Part shown: positions 15,757 through 26,067 of the stretch, piece by piece
Numbering within the stretch: the stretch's first letter is position 1
Layout of the letters: each line of letters opens with the position of its first letter
Source: Thermodesulfobacteriota bacterium
GTDB taxonomy: Bacteria > Desulfobacterota > WTBG01 > JAGOGO01
Length of the DNA stretch: 32,000 bases
Reading direction: 5' to 3'
Assembly: GCA_026625185.1 (NCBI GenBank)
Contig: CP113000.1
Span: 240,001-272,000, forward strand
The notes under the pieces: model-generated
Database searches by the model: none
Told to the model about the DNA's origin: nothing
The model's input: the letters and a program-made list of their open reading frames with translations, nothing else
Position numbers and translations under genes: made by a program

Positions 15757-18176
15757 TTTAGGAGAATACTTATTTCATTTTTTACTTTTTCTTGGTTATC
15801 AAACCAATACTCACAGAGCAGTGGTTCTATTTCAGAAACAATAATTTTCTTATACCAATTCTCATCATAAACCGTGCCTGTGTTCATTGGGCAAAAATAA
15901 CTATGACCAATTCTATAGCCGGGACCAAGATTTTTTGTGTCTTCACTTATTTTTTCATTCAACTGGCAAAGTCGTTGGATAATTTTATCTACAAGCTCTA
16001 CAGATACCCCCGAACTTCTTAAATACGTTTTAAATTTATCCCCTTCAAACATTGGTTCAAGGCCAATGAAACTAAATCGCCTTCTCAAAGCATAATCAAC
16101 CATCGCCAATGAGCGATCAGCTGTATTCATTGTTCCAATAATATGAATATTAGAAGGTATCCAAAACTGTTCATCAATTGTTTGTGAATATGTAAGTGGT
16201 AGAGCAAACTCTTTTCCCCTTTTATCGGCTTCAATTAAAAACATCAGCTCACCAAATATTTTACTGAGATTGCCACGGTTAATCTCATCAATAATAAAAA
16301 AATAGGAACTATTCTGGTCGGCCTGTGCAATTTTACAGAACTGGTAAAAAATACCATTCTTGAGCACAAATCCCCCACCATCTGAAGGACGGAAGCCCTG
16401 GATGAAATCCTCATAAGAATACGATTGATGAAACTGAATCATAGCGATTCGGGTTTCGTCTTTTACACCCAGCAAAGAATATGCTAAACGCTTTGCTAAG
16501 AAGGTCTTGCCTACACCTGGAGGGCCTTGAAGAATAATGTTTTTTTTATGCTGAAGTCGATCAAGGATATAGTTTAAGTAGATTTCATCTACAAACAAAT
16601 CTTTAAGAGCATCTGCTGTTGTATATTTAATAGTTGGCGGGTTAAGCGGTGGATTAAGTTCGTCAATAACAGATCGAATAATTTCATATTCAGATTCAGA
16701 AAGTTTGAACAGGCTTCCCTGATTGTTAACAATTGGTTCACATGATTTAAGCTCTTCAATGCCTTGCAACCTGCTTAATTCGACAGGTTGTCTGAATTGT
16801 TCAGTTTTTTCTAACTCAATTTCCTCTCCTCCATCAGATTCATGAAGGCCTTTAGTGATCTTGCACATGCCAACAATAGCTTTATCAGGGGAGGCAATAT
16901 ATCCCAAAACAACATCACCAGGTTTAACAACAGTAAAATGCTTATAAATTCGCCTTTTATTACCTTTTTCATTGTATGATGTATAAGTGATCCGGCCACC
17001 GATATTTAATTCATTAAAACTCCATATCTTGGGATTGGCATTCATCCACCAGTAATTAACCTCACCCGCATCAAACAAGGATTCTAGTGTCTCAAAATCA
17101 TTCTTTTCTAATTTAATAATGGTTCTGCCGAATTTTCCCTGCATATTTTCAGGAATTGGAACTCCTTCATGATTAACCTTGTAGTATTTAACTTTAACAG
17201 TGTGCCTATATTCATTACGATTGGGATTAAATATATATCCACTTAAAACTTCCCCAGCGGCCAAAAGATATTTTCTTCCCTTGTTGGTGATAAATTTATC
17301 ACCCGGTTTTATAGTTAAAAAATGCCAAAGCATTGCAACTGAAGCAGTTAATTCTCCGTCTGTATTATTTGGATAATATTTTTTTATTAAGGCTGTAAGC
17401 TCATCCTTTGATTTCCCAGCGAGGTCAGCGTTGATTTCATCCCAGCCAATCGCAGCAATAGAATTTGAATATAAGTCATCCCATAATCTTGCTTGCTCAC
17501 CTGGAGCAATTTGCCAGTAGCTAATCTGAGAAGGAGGTGGTGTTGGCTCTCCTTTTATTTTATTTACCATATCGATTCCTTCTTTTTCCGCACTGATGGT
17601 GTGTAAGAAAGCGTCAACATTATCCAATGTCATATTTAAATCGGGTCTTAACTGGGGAATTTTATTTAGCAGGGTCAAGACCTTTTCATATATAACACCT
17701 TTTGAATCACCTCTATCACCTGCTTTCCAACCAAGCACATCAAATCCCATTTCCGTTTTATGGTTCCATGCACAATACTTATCGGGATTAAAGTCACTAA
17801 GAAATGCAGTAAGAATACCTCTGCCAAACCCACTGATTTTATAACCACCATTTAATATTTCATTTATCCTTTCTTTAATGTCTATACTTTCATCTAACAA
17901 GTAATAAATTGTTTTTCTAAATTGATTTACATCTCTAATGATTCTATCTCTTTGTATTTTGTTAAGATTTTGTTTGTCGCCTACGTTACTATTAAAATAT
18001 TGCAAATAGCGTTCTTTTAATTCATCATCTTGCATTGCCTTTATCACATTAGGCTGAATCCATTTGTGATTTTCCTCAATTCCTTTTTTTCTTTTTTCTC
18101 CCCATGTCTTCAGCATATTCGATTCATTTATAAACCAGCCTAAAAGTTCCTTTATCTGTTCATCTGTTAACCCCAT
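15753..18176 (-). CDS. mcrB: McrB-like AAA+ GTPase with a long N-terminal extension containing PUA/EVE-like modules (807 aa)
   Basis: Walker A LQGPPGVGKTF, Walker B FFIIDEINRGNLSKIFGELMFLIE and the McrB signature MNTADRSLAMVDYALRRRF. The N-terminal ~500 aa includes YWWMNANPKIW...VKPGDVVLGYIASPDKAIVG (EVE-like) and YWQIAPGEQARLW...IKPGDKF. Confidence 0.9.
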   Translation of the reverse strand: MGLTDEQIKELLGWFINESNMLKTWGEKRKKGIEENHKWIQPNVIKAMQDDELKERYLQYFNSNVGDKQNLNKIQRDRIIRDVNQFRKTIYYLLDESIDIKERINEILNGGYKISGFGRGILTAFLSDFNPDKYCAWNHKTEMGFDVLGWKAGDRGDSKGVIYEKVLTLLNKIPQLRPDLNMTLDNVDAFLHTISAEKEGIDMVNKIKGEPTPPPSQISYWQIAPGEQARLWDDLYSNSIAAIGWDEINADLAGKSKDELTALIKKYYPNNTDGELTASVAMLWHFLTIKPGDKFITNKGRKYLLAAGEVLSGYIFNPNRNEYRHTVKVKYYKVNHEGVPIPENMQGKFGRTIIKLEKNDFETLESLFDAGEVNYWWMNANPKIWSFNELNIGGRITYTSYNEKGNKRRIYKHFTVVKPGDVVLGYIASPDKAIVGMCKITKGLHESDGGEEIELEKTEQFRQPVELSRLQGIEELKSCEPIVNNQGSLFKLSESEYEIIRSVIDELNPPLNPPTIKYTTADALKDLFVDEIYLNYILDRLQHKKNIILQGPPGVGKTFLAKRLAYSLLGVKDETRIAMIQFHQSYSYEDFIQGFRPSDGGGFVLKNGIFYQFCKIAQADQNSSYFFIIDEINRGNLSKIFGELMFLIEADKRGKEFALPLTYSQTIDEQFWIPSNIHIIGTMNTADRSLAMVDYALRRRFSFIGLEPMFEGDKFKTYLRSSGVSVELVDKIIQRLCQLNEKISEDTKNLGPGYRIGHSYFCPMNTGTVYDENWYKKIIVSEIEPLLCEYWFDNQEKVKNEISILLK

Positions 18177-18327
18177 AATAAAATTTCTCCTTACAAAGGT
18201 TTTTACGATTTAACTTTCTAAAAGCATCGCGCGTGATGCGTCACTTTCACTACGGATTGTCTCCCAACCCAGAAACAGGGATTGTCCTCAGTAAATTTTT
18301 TTTCGTCGAAATAGGCGAGATGCATGG

Positions 18328-18405
18328 TTACCCTCTTTCCTCCACAATAGCTATCTCTTCTGGTGTGAGGGCATAGAGGTGATATGCCATTTGGTCAATT
18401 TTCAA
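18328..18405 (-). pseudogene. Remnant of the C-terminal tail of an R-M methyltransferase
   Basis: The minus-strand translation LKIDQMAYHLYALTPEEIAIVEERG-stop matches the widespread Y-x-LY-x-LT-x-EEI-x-IVE tail of type I/IIG/BREX-type methyltransferases. The frame is closed by TAG about 12 codons upstream. Confidence 0.5.
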
Positions 18406-18570
18406 AGGCCAACGGCATGCCGTGCTCCTACATTTTTTCTACCACCTCACCAAGGAACAAAAAGACATTACAAAAATTGGAAATGTTTTTCGATTTTTAC
18501 TCCCAACGCTCCCGATTAGGGATTATATTGGACAATGTCCCTCCAAATCTCCCCTCGATTTCATCATAGA

Positions 18571-21138
18571 TCAGTTCGTCGTTAATTGCTGGCCGAGGAC
18601 AATATCCAATTCTGATCTGAATCCTTTGGCCTCTCCAGCACGTAGTTTGATAAAAAACTTATTGAAGTCCTTCGGCGTTATAAAATTCATTTGATAGACT
18701 ATGTTGAGACCTTCTTCCACTAACCACTTATTGAGCTGATCGAAATGAGCATTGGCATATTCACATTTCTTTTGATTTTCCATCGACGGATCGGCAATTT
18801 CGTTGTCATCTTTTATTTCGATCACAAGAATTGTATTACCCTGCTTCATGAAAAAGTCGGGGCTAAATTCACCGCGTTTTGGATGTTCACCTTTCTTCCA
18901 CGCGTATTCTATTGAATAGAATCTCTGCGGTGCATTCTTCAGCCATCCATCAAGTATCGTTGAATTTTCGCGCTCGCAAAGTAAACGTATAAATTTCCGT
19001 TCCGGTGTGGCATCAGCTATCGCCATGTTACAGGGTGTCTTGAAATCATGGGTATTAGCAATCTTCTCACAACCTGAGCGGTAATCGCCATCCGGGTCAA
19101 TCACCGAATTAAAAAAGTCTTTCTGTTCATCGGGAATCGTCTTCCCGGAATTCTGTGTAAAGAAAACTGTTTTATCACCTCGCCGTAATTCTGCAGCACT
19201 GACACTGATAGCTTGCCGTGAGGATGTCTTCACTGGTTGGAGTCTATTCGGCGTGAGTCGGTAAACAACCCGTTTGGCTGATTTGCGCCTTAATGGCCCT
19301 AAGGCTTGGAGTATCTTCTGACGATTTTCTTCTGCAATTCGTCCGCTTTTTATGCCGGCTTTTTTTGCTGAAGACATCACGATTTCATGGCACCGTTCGA
19401 AGGAGAACTTCTTTGCATACTGTGTCTGGTCCTTTGGATCTTCGGCATCTTTGGACTCCTCATCAATAGACTGTAGTCGTCTGTACATCTGTTCAGCAAC
19501 TTCTACAAAAGAATAAGTCTTGTGTTCAATCTTGGTTTTAAACTTCGTATGTTCACCGCTGACCGCGTGTTCAAACTCAATCGCAACGTCCTCAATTTCC
19601 ACTTGAGAAGGCAGGTCAACAAATCCCTGTTCAAGTAGGCGATACTCACCCTTTTTTGTATAGTGGCGTGTGTCTGTCTCTCGGGTGTAATCCAGATTAT
19701 GCAAGTCGAAATGGTAAGATGAGTCCGCAATGACCGATGAAGAAAGTCGGTTCTCCATTTCCAGAATCTCGTCTACAAGATGGCGAATACGCCCTACCCA
19801 GGCATCATGATTAAACACAGTCACGACAGGGTCCGCACCCTGCCACCTATCAGGACGACGTAAGCCACGCCCGAGAACCTGGGCAATTAAGAGCTTACTA
19901 TTGAAAGCGCGCTCCTCATGCGGAACAATCTGAAAAACATTTTTAACGTCCCAGCCCTCATTGAGCATGGCAACTGATACAATCCACTCAACCTTACTCG
20001 CGGGTTGGTCAACTAACTTAAGCCTTACAATATTTGTCTGGTGTTCCGTTGCTGAACTGACCGCAAGGACCTTTCTTTCCGCGTCATCCGCTGATATTTC
20101 CTCCCACTCCTGCAAGAAAGCCTGCAATTCCTCGGCAACAAGTTTGCAGGTTTTGATATCCTTTGTAACGATTATAGTCAGCGGGCGAATGCCTTGTTTT
20201 TTGAGACGCTTCTTCCAATCTTGGTGTCGATTATAGATCAACTGCCATTTTTCATCCGGGTTATCAGTTTGCGGCATTTCTGCGACATACTCTACCATTT
20301 TGACAAACCGCTCTTCAATTGCCTGACGAAGTGAATATCGGCTGACTACATCCGCAAAATACTCATCCGCGACATAGCAAGTACCTGAAACACCTAACAC
20401 GAAGCGAAAACCGTATTCAGGATTAAGAAGGAACTCTTTCCATTTTTTAATATTTGCCCCAGACTCATTCACAATATGGTGGGCTTCGTCATTGAAAACA
20501 GCCACACGCATGCCCTGTCCGAGAAGACTGTCACGAATCGATGATTTCACATGCTGTAAAATCGCATGGTAATTCTCCACGCAGATTGATTCATTAATAA
20601 TGCTCTCTGAAGCGTTGATGATCTTTGGCGCACGCACTTTTGCATCCGTCGGCAAAAGATCACGCAAATCGGCGTTACTCGCTAAATCTTTAAATTTTGC
20701 CAGCAAACCAGCCTCGATTGTATTGGATGGACAGAGTACAAGGACACGGTCAACTAATCCTTCGGCAAGCATAATAGTGGCAAGTCCGTAAAGCACATAA
20801 CTTTTACCTGTTCCTGTTGCCAAATCTATTGAGCAAGCCAACTGATCTGGCAATTGCAAGTGACGGTCCATGCCCGCCCAGGAACCATATCGCCGCTGAA
20901 TCTCTGCATTTTCATTAAAGTTCTCCTTCGCAAGTTCACGCAAGTTCTTATACTGCGCTCCGGCAAACAAGCGCATAACTAATCGGATTGCATCCTTCTG
21001 GTATTCACGATTACCGCAGAGTTCGTCAATGAATGCTTCATATTTGGACTCATTCCAAACAATAGGGTCTATGTTATCCGAGACCTTCAAAACAAGATCT
21101 TCGTTCTTAAACGTCTGTCTATCTCCCCGCGTCGTCAT
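18571..21138 (-). CDS. res: Type III restriction enzyme Res subunit (SF2 helicase plus C-terminal PD-(D/E)xK nuclease), 855 aa
   Basis: Helicase motif [11 protein letters not shown] and motif II FNDEAHH. C-terminal nuclease-like motif SPDFF...VIEIKDD. ATGA overlap with mod. Confidence 0.8.
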   Translation of the reverse strand: MTTRGDRQTFKNEDLVLKVSDNIDPIVWNESKYEAFIDELCGNREYQKDAIRLVMRLFAGAQYKNLRELAKENFNENAEIQRRYGSWAGMDRHLQLPDQLACSIDLATGTGKSYVLYGLATIMLAEGLVDRVLVLCPSNTIEAGLLAKFKDLASNADLRDLLPTDAKVRAPKIINASESIINESICVENYHAILQHVKSSIRDSLLGQGMRVAVFNDEAHHIVNESGANIKKWKEFLLNPEYGFRFVLGVSGTCYVADEYFADVVSRYSLRQAIEERFVKMVEYVAEMPQTDNPDEKWQLIYNRHQDWKKRLKKQGIRPLTIIVTKDIKTCKLVAEELQAFLQEWEEISADDAERKVLAVSSATEHQTNIVRLKLVDQPASKVEWIVSVAMLNEGWDVKNVFQIVPHEERAFNSKLLIAQVLGRGLRRPDRWQGADPVVTVFNHDAWVGRIRHLVDEILEMENRLSSSVIADSSYHFDLHNLDYTRETDTRHYTKKGEYRLLEQGFVDLPSQVEIEDVAIEFEHAVSGEHTKFKTKIEHKTYSFVEVAEQMYRRLQSIDEESKDAEDPKDQTQYAKKFSFERCHEIVMSSAKKAGIKSGRIAEENRQKILQALGPLRRKSAKRVVYRLTPNRLQPVKTSSRQAISVSAAELRRGDKTVFFTQNSGKTIPDEQKDFFNSVIDPDGDYRSGCEKIANTHDFKTPCNMAIADATPERKFIRLLCERENSTILDGWLKNAPQRFYSIEYAWKKGEHPKRGEFSPDFFMKQGNTILVIEIKDDNEIADPSMENQKKCEYANAHFDQLNKWLVEEGLNIVYQMNFITPKDFNKFFIKLRAGEAKGFRSELDIVLGQQLTTN

Positions 21139-23219
21139 TTTTTGCTCCTGCTTTTCTTTTTAGGCTTGATCTCGCCGAACTTCGCCGCGTCAATCAGTAC
21201 CCTCGCCTCGTTGCCGTAGATGTCGAGGAAAACCGCCATCATCTTCTTGCCAAGTTGATCGGTCTGAAAACGCACCTTCCAGCCCACCTTTTCCAATGCT
21301 TCGGCATAGTAGACGGCGTCAAGATCAAAAACCTTGCCTGCATCGTTATAGTCTAAATCGAGCATCACCATCGAAAGGGTTTCCAGGGTGCCTTTCTTTT
21401 TGAACGGCTCACGAACAGCAGCTTCGCTCTTGAAGGTTTCGATCTTGATGAACCCTACTTCAGAGAATTCGCCTTTCGCTTTCTCCGTGCCGGTTTTGTA
21501 TTTTAGTTCCGGTGTGCGGATGAAGTCGAAGCCGACTGCTTCCACGGTGTCATTGACGGCCATCTCGTCTGACGGTTGTTTCAGCGCCGTAAATGCTTGC
21601 CGGTGCAATTCATGAATCATCGAGTAGGGAATCCTAAGCGCATAGTAGCGCACCCTATCCAAGTCAATATAGTCCTGTTGAAAGTCAAAGGCCAGCGCTG
21701 GGGCAACAATGAAGACCTTACTTCCAACTCGAGATCCTGCGGCCTCGTGAATCTCCTCAATCGTTTCTTCGGAAATGCAAGCGCCTTTGTGTTTGGTTTC
21801 CATGTGATTAAAGACCAGGACACTTTGACCTTGTCTATAGCCATCGAATAGGATGCCGCCGATCTTGTGTGGTGCATCACGGCAGCCGAACAGTTGCAAG
21901 GCGAAGAATCGCCAATTTAACCAGGGAAGCTCCTTGAGCGTCGAAAAGTCATATAGCCCAGCGTTGTAAAGCGTGAATGGCTTGGCCTCCAGCTTCGCAC
22001 CCTTGTTGCCGATCTTTTCACGAAGATTGAGCATACGTTTTTGAATAGTGTAAATGGATAGTTTGCCGCAGTCGATGCCTATCCAACGTCGTCCGAGTTT
22101 TTCCGCGACGGCCAATGTTGTTCCTGCTCCTGCAAATGCATCAAGAACTAGGTCGCCGGGATCAGAGGAGGCCTTGATAACTCTTTCAAGCAGAGCTTCG
22201 GGTTTCTGAGTAGGATAGTTCGCATTTTCTGCCGATGCAAATTGCACGGGCGAAATATCACTCCAAATGCTCTGCAAGGGACGACCGTGCCTCTCGTCAA
22301 GATACTGCTTCAGGCGCGGCACTTTGCCGCTCGGGGGCCAGTAAATTTTTCCCTGTTTGTCGAGTTGGTCGAGAGTGCTAATTTTCACTTTCCAATGATT
22401 ACCAAGCCTTGCGGGGTCAACTCCGCGCCACGGTCTTCCCGATTCACCATTTCGCAACCCTCGCGCGGTCAAGTCACCAATGCTGAATACTCGACCATCA
22501 GGATCGTAGTAACGGTAGAACTTTTTGATGTACTCTCGCGAGTATTCGGAATACTGAACATTAAATCGAAGGTTCCCCGTTTTTGTGTAGAAGTAGACGA
22601 CATCATGAATGTGGTTATAGGTATGCGAATCGCTACGCGCCGAAAGCCTTTGCCAGATAATTTCGTTTTGAAAATTCGCCTCGCCGAGCACTTCATCCAA
22701 AATGGTTTTGATGTAGTGACACTTTCGCCAATCAAGATGAACGTAAAGCGCCCCGTTATCTGACAGGAGTTCTCGTATCAGAATCAATCGTTTGCGAAGA
22801 AATTCCAGAAATGATGCGCCTGCAATTTTGTCTTGGTAGGCTTTCTGATCTTCCGTGCCTCGGAAGTCCTGCTTTGTTGCAAAGGGAGGATCAATGTAGA
22901 CAAGCCGAACCCCATCAGAACCATCAGCATTGCGGAGTTGGCCATTGCGCTTCATCTCCAGAAGCGTCTTCATTGCCTGAAGATTGTCACCGAAAATAAG
23001 CATGTTGTGCCAATCAATGCCGTTCAGTCCGAAGGTGCGGCCGGGTTGAAGGGGTACGGCCAGCGTATCTGCAATGATATCTTCTTCGCGATCCTTTCCG
23101 TGGTAAACAAGCTCGTACTCCCGCTTCTCCGGCGGGAACAGAATTCGCGCCCATTCGGGCGAGATGCCTTCCCCTTTTTCGAGTAACCTCGCTAATTCTT
23201 TTCTTTGTTCCGGTGTCAT
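21135..23219 (-). CDS. mod: Type III-like Mod DNA methyltransferase (beta-class N6A/N4C), 694 aa
   Basis: [13 protein letters not shown], motif [12 protein letters not shown], then motif [25 protein letters not shown] in permuted beta order. A long C-terminal extension follows motif I. Confidence 0.8.
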   Translation of the reverse strand: MTPEQRKELARLLEKGEGISPEWARILFPPEKREYELVYHGKDREEDIIADTLAVPLQPGRTFGLNGIDWHNMLIFGDNLQAMKTLLEMKRNGQLRNADGSDGVRLVYIDPPFATKQDFRGTEDQKAYQDKIAGASFLEFLRKRLILIRELLSDNGALYVHLDWRKCHYIKTILDEVLGEANFQNEIIWQRLSARSDSHTYNHIHDVVYFYTKTGNLRFNVQYSEYSREYIKKFYRYYDPDGRVFSIGDLTARGLRNGESGRPWRGVDPARLGNHWKVKISTLDQLDKQGKIYWPPSGKVPRLKQYLDERHGRPLQSIWSDISPVQFASAENANYPTQKPEALLERVIKASSDPGDLVLDAFAGAGTTLAVAEKLGRRWIGIDCGKLSIYTIQKRMLNLREKIGNKGAKLEAKPFTLYNAGLYDFSTLKELPWLNWRFFALQLFGCRDAPHKIGGILFDGYRQGQSVLVFNHMETKHKGACISEETIEEIHEAAGSRVGSKVFIVAPALAFDFQQDYIDLDRVRYYALRIPYSMIHELHRQAFTALKQPSDEMAVNDTVEAVGFDFIRTPELKYKTGTEKAKGEFSEVGFIKIETFKSEAAVREPFKKKGTLETLSMVMLDLDYNDAGKVFDLDAVYYAEALEKVGWKVRFQTDQLGKKMMAVFLDIYGNEARVLIDAAKFGEIKPKKKSRSKK

Positions 23220-23246
23220 GCTGTTTTCCTTTTTTCTTGTACCATT

Positions 23247-23411
23247 CTATTTTCTGATTGTGCCTCCAAACGTAAATGCAATTTCGTCCATCAAGCCATT
23301 ATCCGCAAAACTAAAAGTTTTGTCTTCACCAATTATAAAATGATCCAGTAATTTAACTCCGTTGGGTTTCAACGCGGCAAGAACATCTTCTGTAAAGAGC
23401 CGGTATGCAAC
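23247..23411 (-). pseudogene. 5-prime-truncated RadC-like (JAB/MPN) gene remnant
   Basis: The minus-strand translation VAYRLFTEDVLAALKPNGVKLLDHFIIGEDKTFSFADNGLMDEIAFTFGGTIRK-stop matches the RadC C-terminus (LLDHxIIG...S). TAA/TAG stops lie immediately upstream, and there is no HNHPSG motif. Confidence 0.6.
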
Positions 23412-23485
23412 CTATTAAGACTTTTGTTTTACCCTGTTAATTGGAATTAAAATTTCTATTTTTTTAATGAGAGGAATCTCAAAAC

Positions 23486-23525
23486 AAAAAAGGCCTATCG
23501 CCTTTATATCAGGCAAGGTGGCCTT
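23486..23525 (-). terminator. Repeat-family terminator hairpin, copy B (downstream of the OLD gene)
   Basis: The minus strand reads AGGCC ACC TTGCC TGATATAAA GGCGA TA GGCCT TTTTT. Confidence 0.75.
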
Positions 23526-23939
23526 GTTATATGATCGCAATTTATTAAATATTGATTCCTCGAATACATTTTTTAAACCTATACCCCCGTTTGGGTTTTT
23601 CCTTGATTTATTAAATAAATTTAGGGAAAAGTCAATAATAATGAAGCATTCTGGGAATAAAAAACACCACATTTCTGCGGGTTTTATATGGGGTTTTTTT
23701 TAGGCTTATTCTTTATTAGTTTTATTACATAAAAAGCTGAAAGGAGGGCACATAACATGGTTGAAAAATGGGCAGTAGTTTTTGGATACGACATTGACAA
23801 GGATGAGATTTAGTAAAAACCAAAAAAAGGATACGAGGCATGTAGAAAAAAAACCAAGGGGCAGGTCAGAAGTTGAGACGTAGAAAACACTGGAGCATTT
23901 TCCCGTCGATTCTCAAACGACTTGTTATGCTCAGTTCTT

Positions 23940-25871
23940 TTATGTCATTGTGACCTTTCGGGCATGATTAAGTATTCCCACGCACAATTTTTCCAACAAA
24001 CTTGATTTGATGCCCTCATTCCACATATTTTCCAACGTTGCCGAAATTACTAATGGATTCTTCCGACGAACGCCATCCGACAGGGAGTGCTCTTGCCTCG
24101 CTTTTAACTCAGCATTATCCCACTTCTCTTGGCCAATCTCGGCTACAATCTCATCTTGTATCCGAGTGCACCACATTACCAGTGACTCAGAAAAATAGGT
24201 TGAATCGGGTAAGGGATTAGTTTGAAGGTTACATAGATTCAAAATGCACTGATTATCAGTCTTGTGTCTAAATTTTTCCTCTCCAGTCGCTTTATCACAG
24301 TCACCATCAAAAATAACATATGCAGGAATTCCCAAACCTTTAGCAATGGCCAAAGGCCGACTAAGGTTAGTTTTCCCGCCGCATACAACAAAATGACACC
24401 CGCAGCGTCTAAATTCAGACCATTTACCGCTTAGATGTAAATGAGTTGTTATGAACGCTATATCCTCTGGTCCCTCCACTAATACTGGAATCTGTGAGAA
24501 AAAAAGTTCATTTTGGGAAGGCTGCATGATTTGTTCAACAGCCGCCATTATTGATGTTGGGGACGAAGGATCCCCTCCAAGTGCTTTTGAAAGACTTGAT
24601 GACAGCGTTTGGTAAGTTAGGTGGGTCACAATGGTTTTACCGTCTGGTCCGGCCGACCTTGTCATCCTAACGCCTTCAAATCCTTTTGCAGAGATAAAAT
24701 ATGGACTATGAGTTGTTACTATTATTTGAGCATCACCTTTGGAAAGTTCATCGAGCAATGAAGAGAGGTGGCGTGCTTGTGGAGGGTGCTGGTAAAGTTC
24801 AGGTTCTTCAAACCCAAGTATTAAAGTGGGTTGTTCGCCTTCGTGAGTCGACGATAAAACTTGCAATAGCGCCACAATGAATGATCTTTGCATGCCATGG
24901 CCGACTCTAACCATTTCACCAAGAAAAGCACCTTCTCCAATTTTGGCCCTTGCCATAGGATCCGCTACCGATACCGATTTTGAATCATCATAGTGCCAGA
25001 GTAGTTCGACACGAGCTCCTGGGTGCGACCATGCACGCAGTCTCTCTTGGATGGTCTTCCCGATATCTAGCAATATATCTTGTTGGTCCTTTAATAGTTC
25101 TTGGTATTTCTGCCCCATTTCACGTCGCAGTTCTTCTAAAGGGTCTTTGAAATCAATCTGTGATCTGATAGTCCTTTGTAATAACGTTCCGAGAGCAGTA
25201 TTTTTCCCCTCTTGTTGCTCTTCTGTTGGATCTTTCACTGCTGGAATATAGACCCATTGACAATGCTGCTCAAGTAGATTAGCACCTTTGCTCCAACCAT
25301 AAAACTGATCATTACTCTCAACTGGCTCACAAAGTTTAGGGTGTTCTTCCTCATATTTTCTCAAAGCTTGTTGCATGGCATCTTTTGTTGTAGCCGCATC
25401 GATATCTGAGTATTTTTCACGGATTTCTTGAAAAATGTTCTTTAGATCACTAACTTTCGTACCTTCTTTTTCAGCTCTGAAATATTTTGCGAAGTCTTTT
25501 ATTATCTCTCGTGATCCAAATTGTTGGACTTCGGCTGTTTGCGTTTCTTTGTTCCATTCAGCCCTAGCAGATAAAATGAGTTTGTTTTGCCTAACATAGG
25601 CCTTTAAATCTTCTTTCGCTTTTTCTGAAAGATCAGTAAAAGTCGCTGTAATGGTAATTGGCTGCTCAACCTTTTTTAGATGGAAATCCTCTTCGACCAG
25701 AGTGACAACGTTTGATGCAGCTTGAGTGTTTCTAAAAAGAATATTCAAGGCATTTAGTACGGTTGATTTACCAGAGCCATTTGGTCCCACGAAGCAAGAG
25801 TAATCACCAAAATCTATCGTTTCGTCTTCGAATGAACGGAAATTTTGAATGCGAAGTTGGGAAAGCTTCAT
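23940..25871 (-). CDS. OLD-family ATP-dependent nuclease (ABC-type ATPase plus C-terminal Toprim), 643 aa
   Basis: GGAGG RBS before ATG 25871; the track ORF starts 27 codons upstream. MKLSQLRIQNFRSF, Walker A FVGPNGSGKST, Walker B-like LILGFEEPELYQHP, and Toprim motifs VLVEGPEDIAF and YVIFDGDCD. Confidence 0.85.
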   Translation of the reverse strand: MKLSQLRIQNFRSFEDETIDFGDYSCFVGPNGSGKSTVLNALNILFRNTQAASNVVTLVEEDFHLKKVEQPITITATFTDLSEKAKEDLKAYVRQNKLILSARAEWNKETQTAEVQQFGSREIIKDFAKYFRAEKEGTKVSDLKNIFQEIREKYSDIDAATTKDAMQQALRKYEEEHPKLCEPVESNDQFYGWSKGANLLEQHCQWVYIPAVKDPTEEQQEGKNTALGTLLQRTIRSQIDFKDPLEELRREMGQKYQELLKDQQDILLDIGKTIQERLRAWSHPGARVELLWHYDDSKSVSVADPMARAKIGEGAFLGEMVRVGHGMQRSFIVALLQVLSSTHEGEQPTLILGFEEPELYQHPPQARHLSSLLDELSKGDAQIIVTTHSPYFISAKGFEGVRMTRSAGPDGKTIVTHLTYQTLSSSLSKALGGDPSSPTSIMAAVEQIMQPSQNELFFSQIPVLVEGPEDIAFITTHLHLSGKWSEFRRCGCHFVVCGGKTNLSRPLAIAKGLGIPAYVIFDGDCDKATGEEKFRHKTDNQCILNLCNLQTNPLPDSTYFSESLVMWCTRIQDEIVAEIGQEKWDNAELKARQEHSLSDGVRRKNPLVISATLENMWNEGIKSSLLEKLCVGILNHARKVTMT

Positions 25872-26067
25872 TTCAGAACCTCCGAATCTCAATCGTAATA
25901 AAAAAGAATAACCTTGCGTTTCGATGGTTGTATGCCAAGAGCAACTTTCCAATTACGCAATTTTTGACTAAGATTTCAAAATCAAAAAATTGTGCGCATT
26001 AACAATCGACCGCAAACGGTTTGTTATTTGTTCTTAACATTCTTGCATAAAAGTAGTAGCTGCTTAA

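Noticed and set aside
22242-22763. 173-aa plus-strand ORF, and other long antisense ORFs within mod, res and the 650-aa gene (e.g. 21576-21851, 22833-23186, 28805-29101, 29568-29915)
   Set aside because: They lie antisense to genes with clear catalytic motifs in GC-richer DNA, where shadow ORFs are expected. They have no RBS or motifs.
23757-23813. 18-codon ORF (MVEKWAVVFGYDIDKDEI) with a strong AAGGAGGG RBS in the OLD gene's downstream region; similar MV-starting mini-ORF at about 27722
   Set aside because: It is too short to evaluate, is not conserved between the repeat-associated regions, and could be the relic of a displaced gene start.
25872-25952. 27-codon N-terminal extension of the OLD ORF, and the equivalent TTG-started extension of the XRE ORF at 12061-12150
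   Set aside because: In both cases the canonical family N-terminus begins at an internal ATG directly preceded by a strong RBS.
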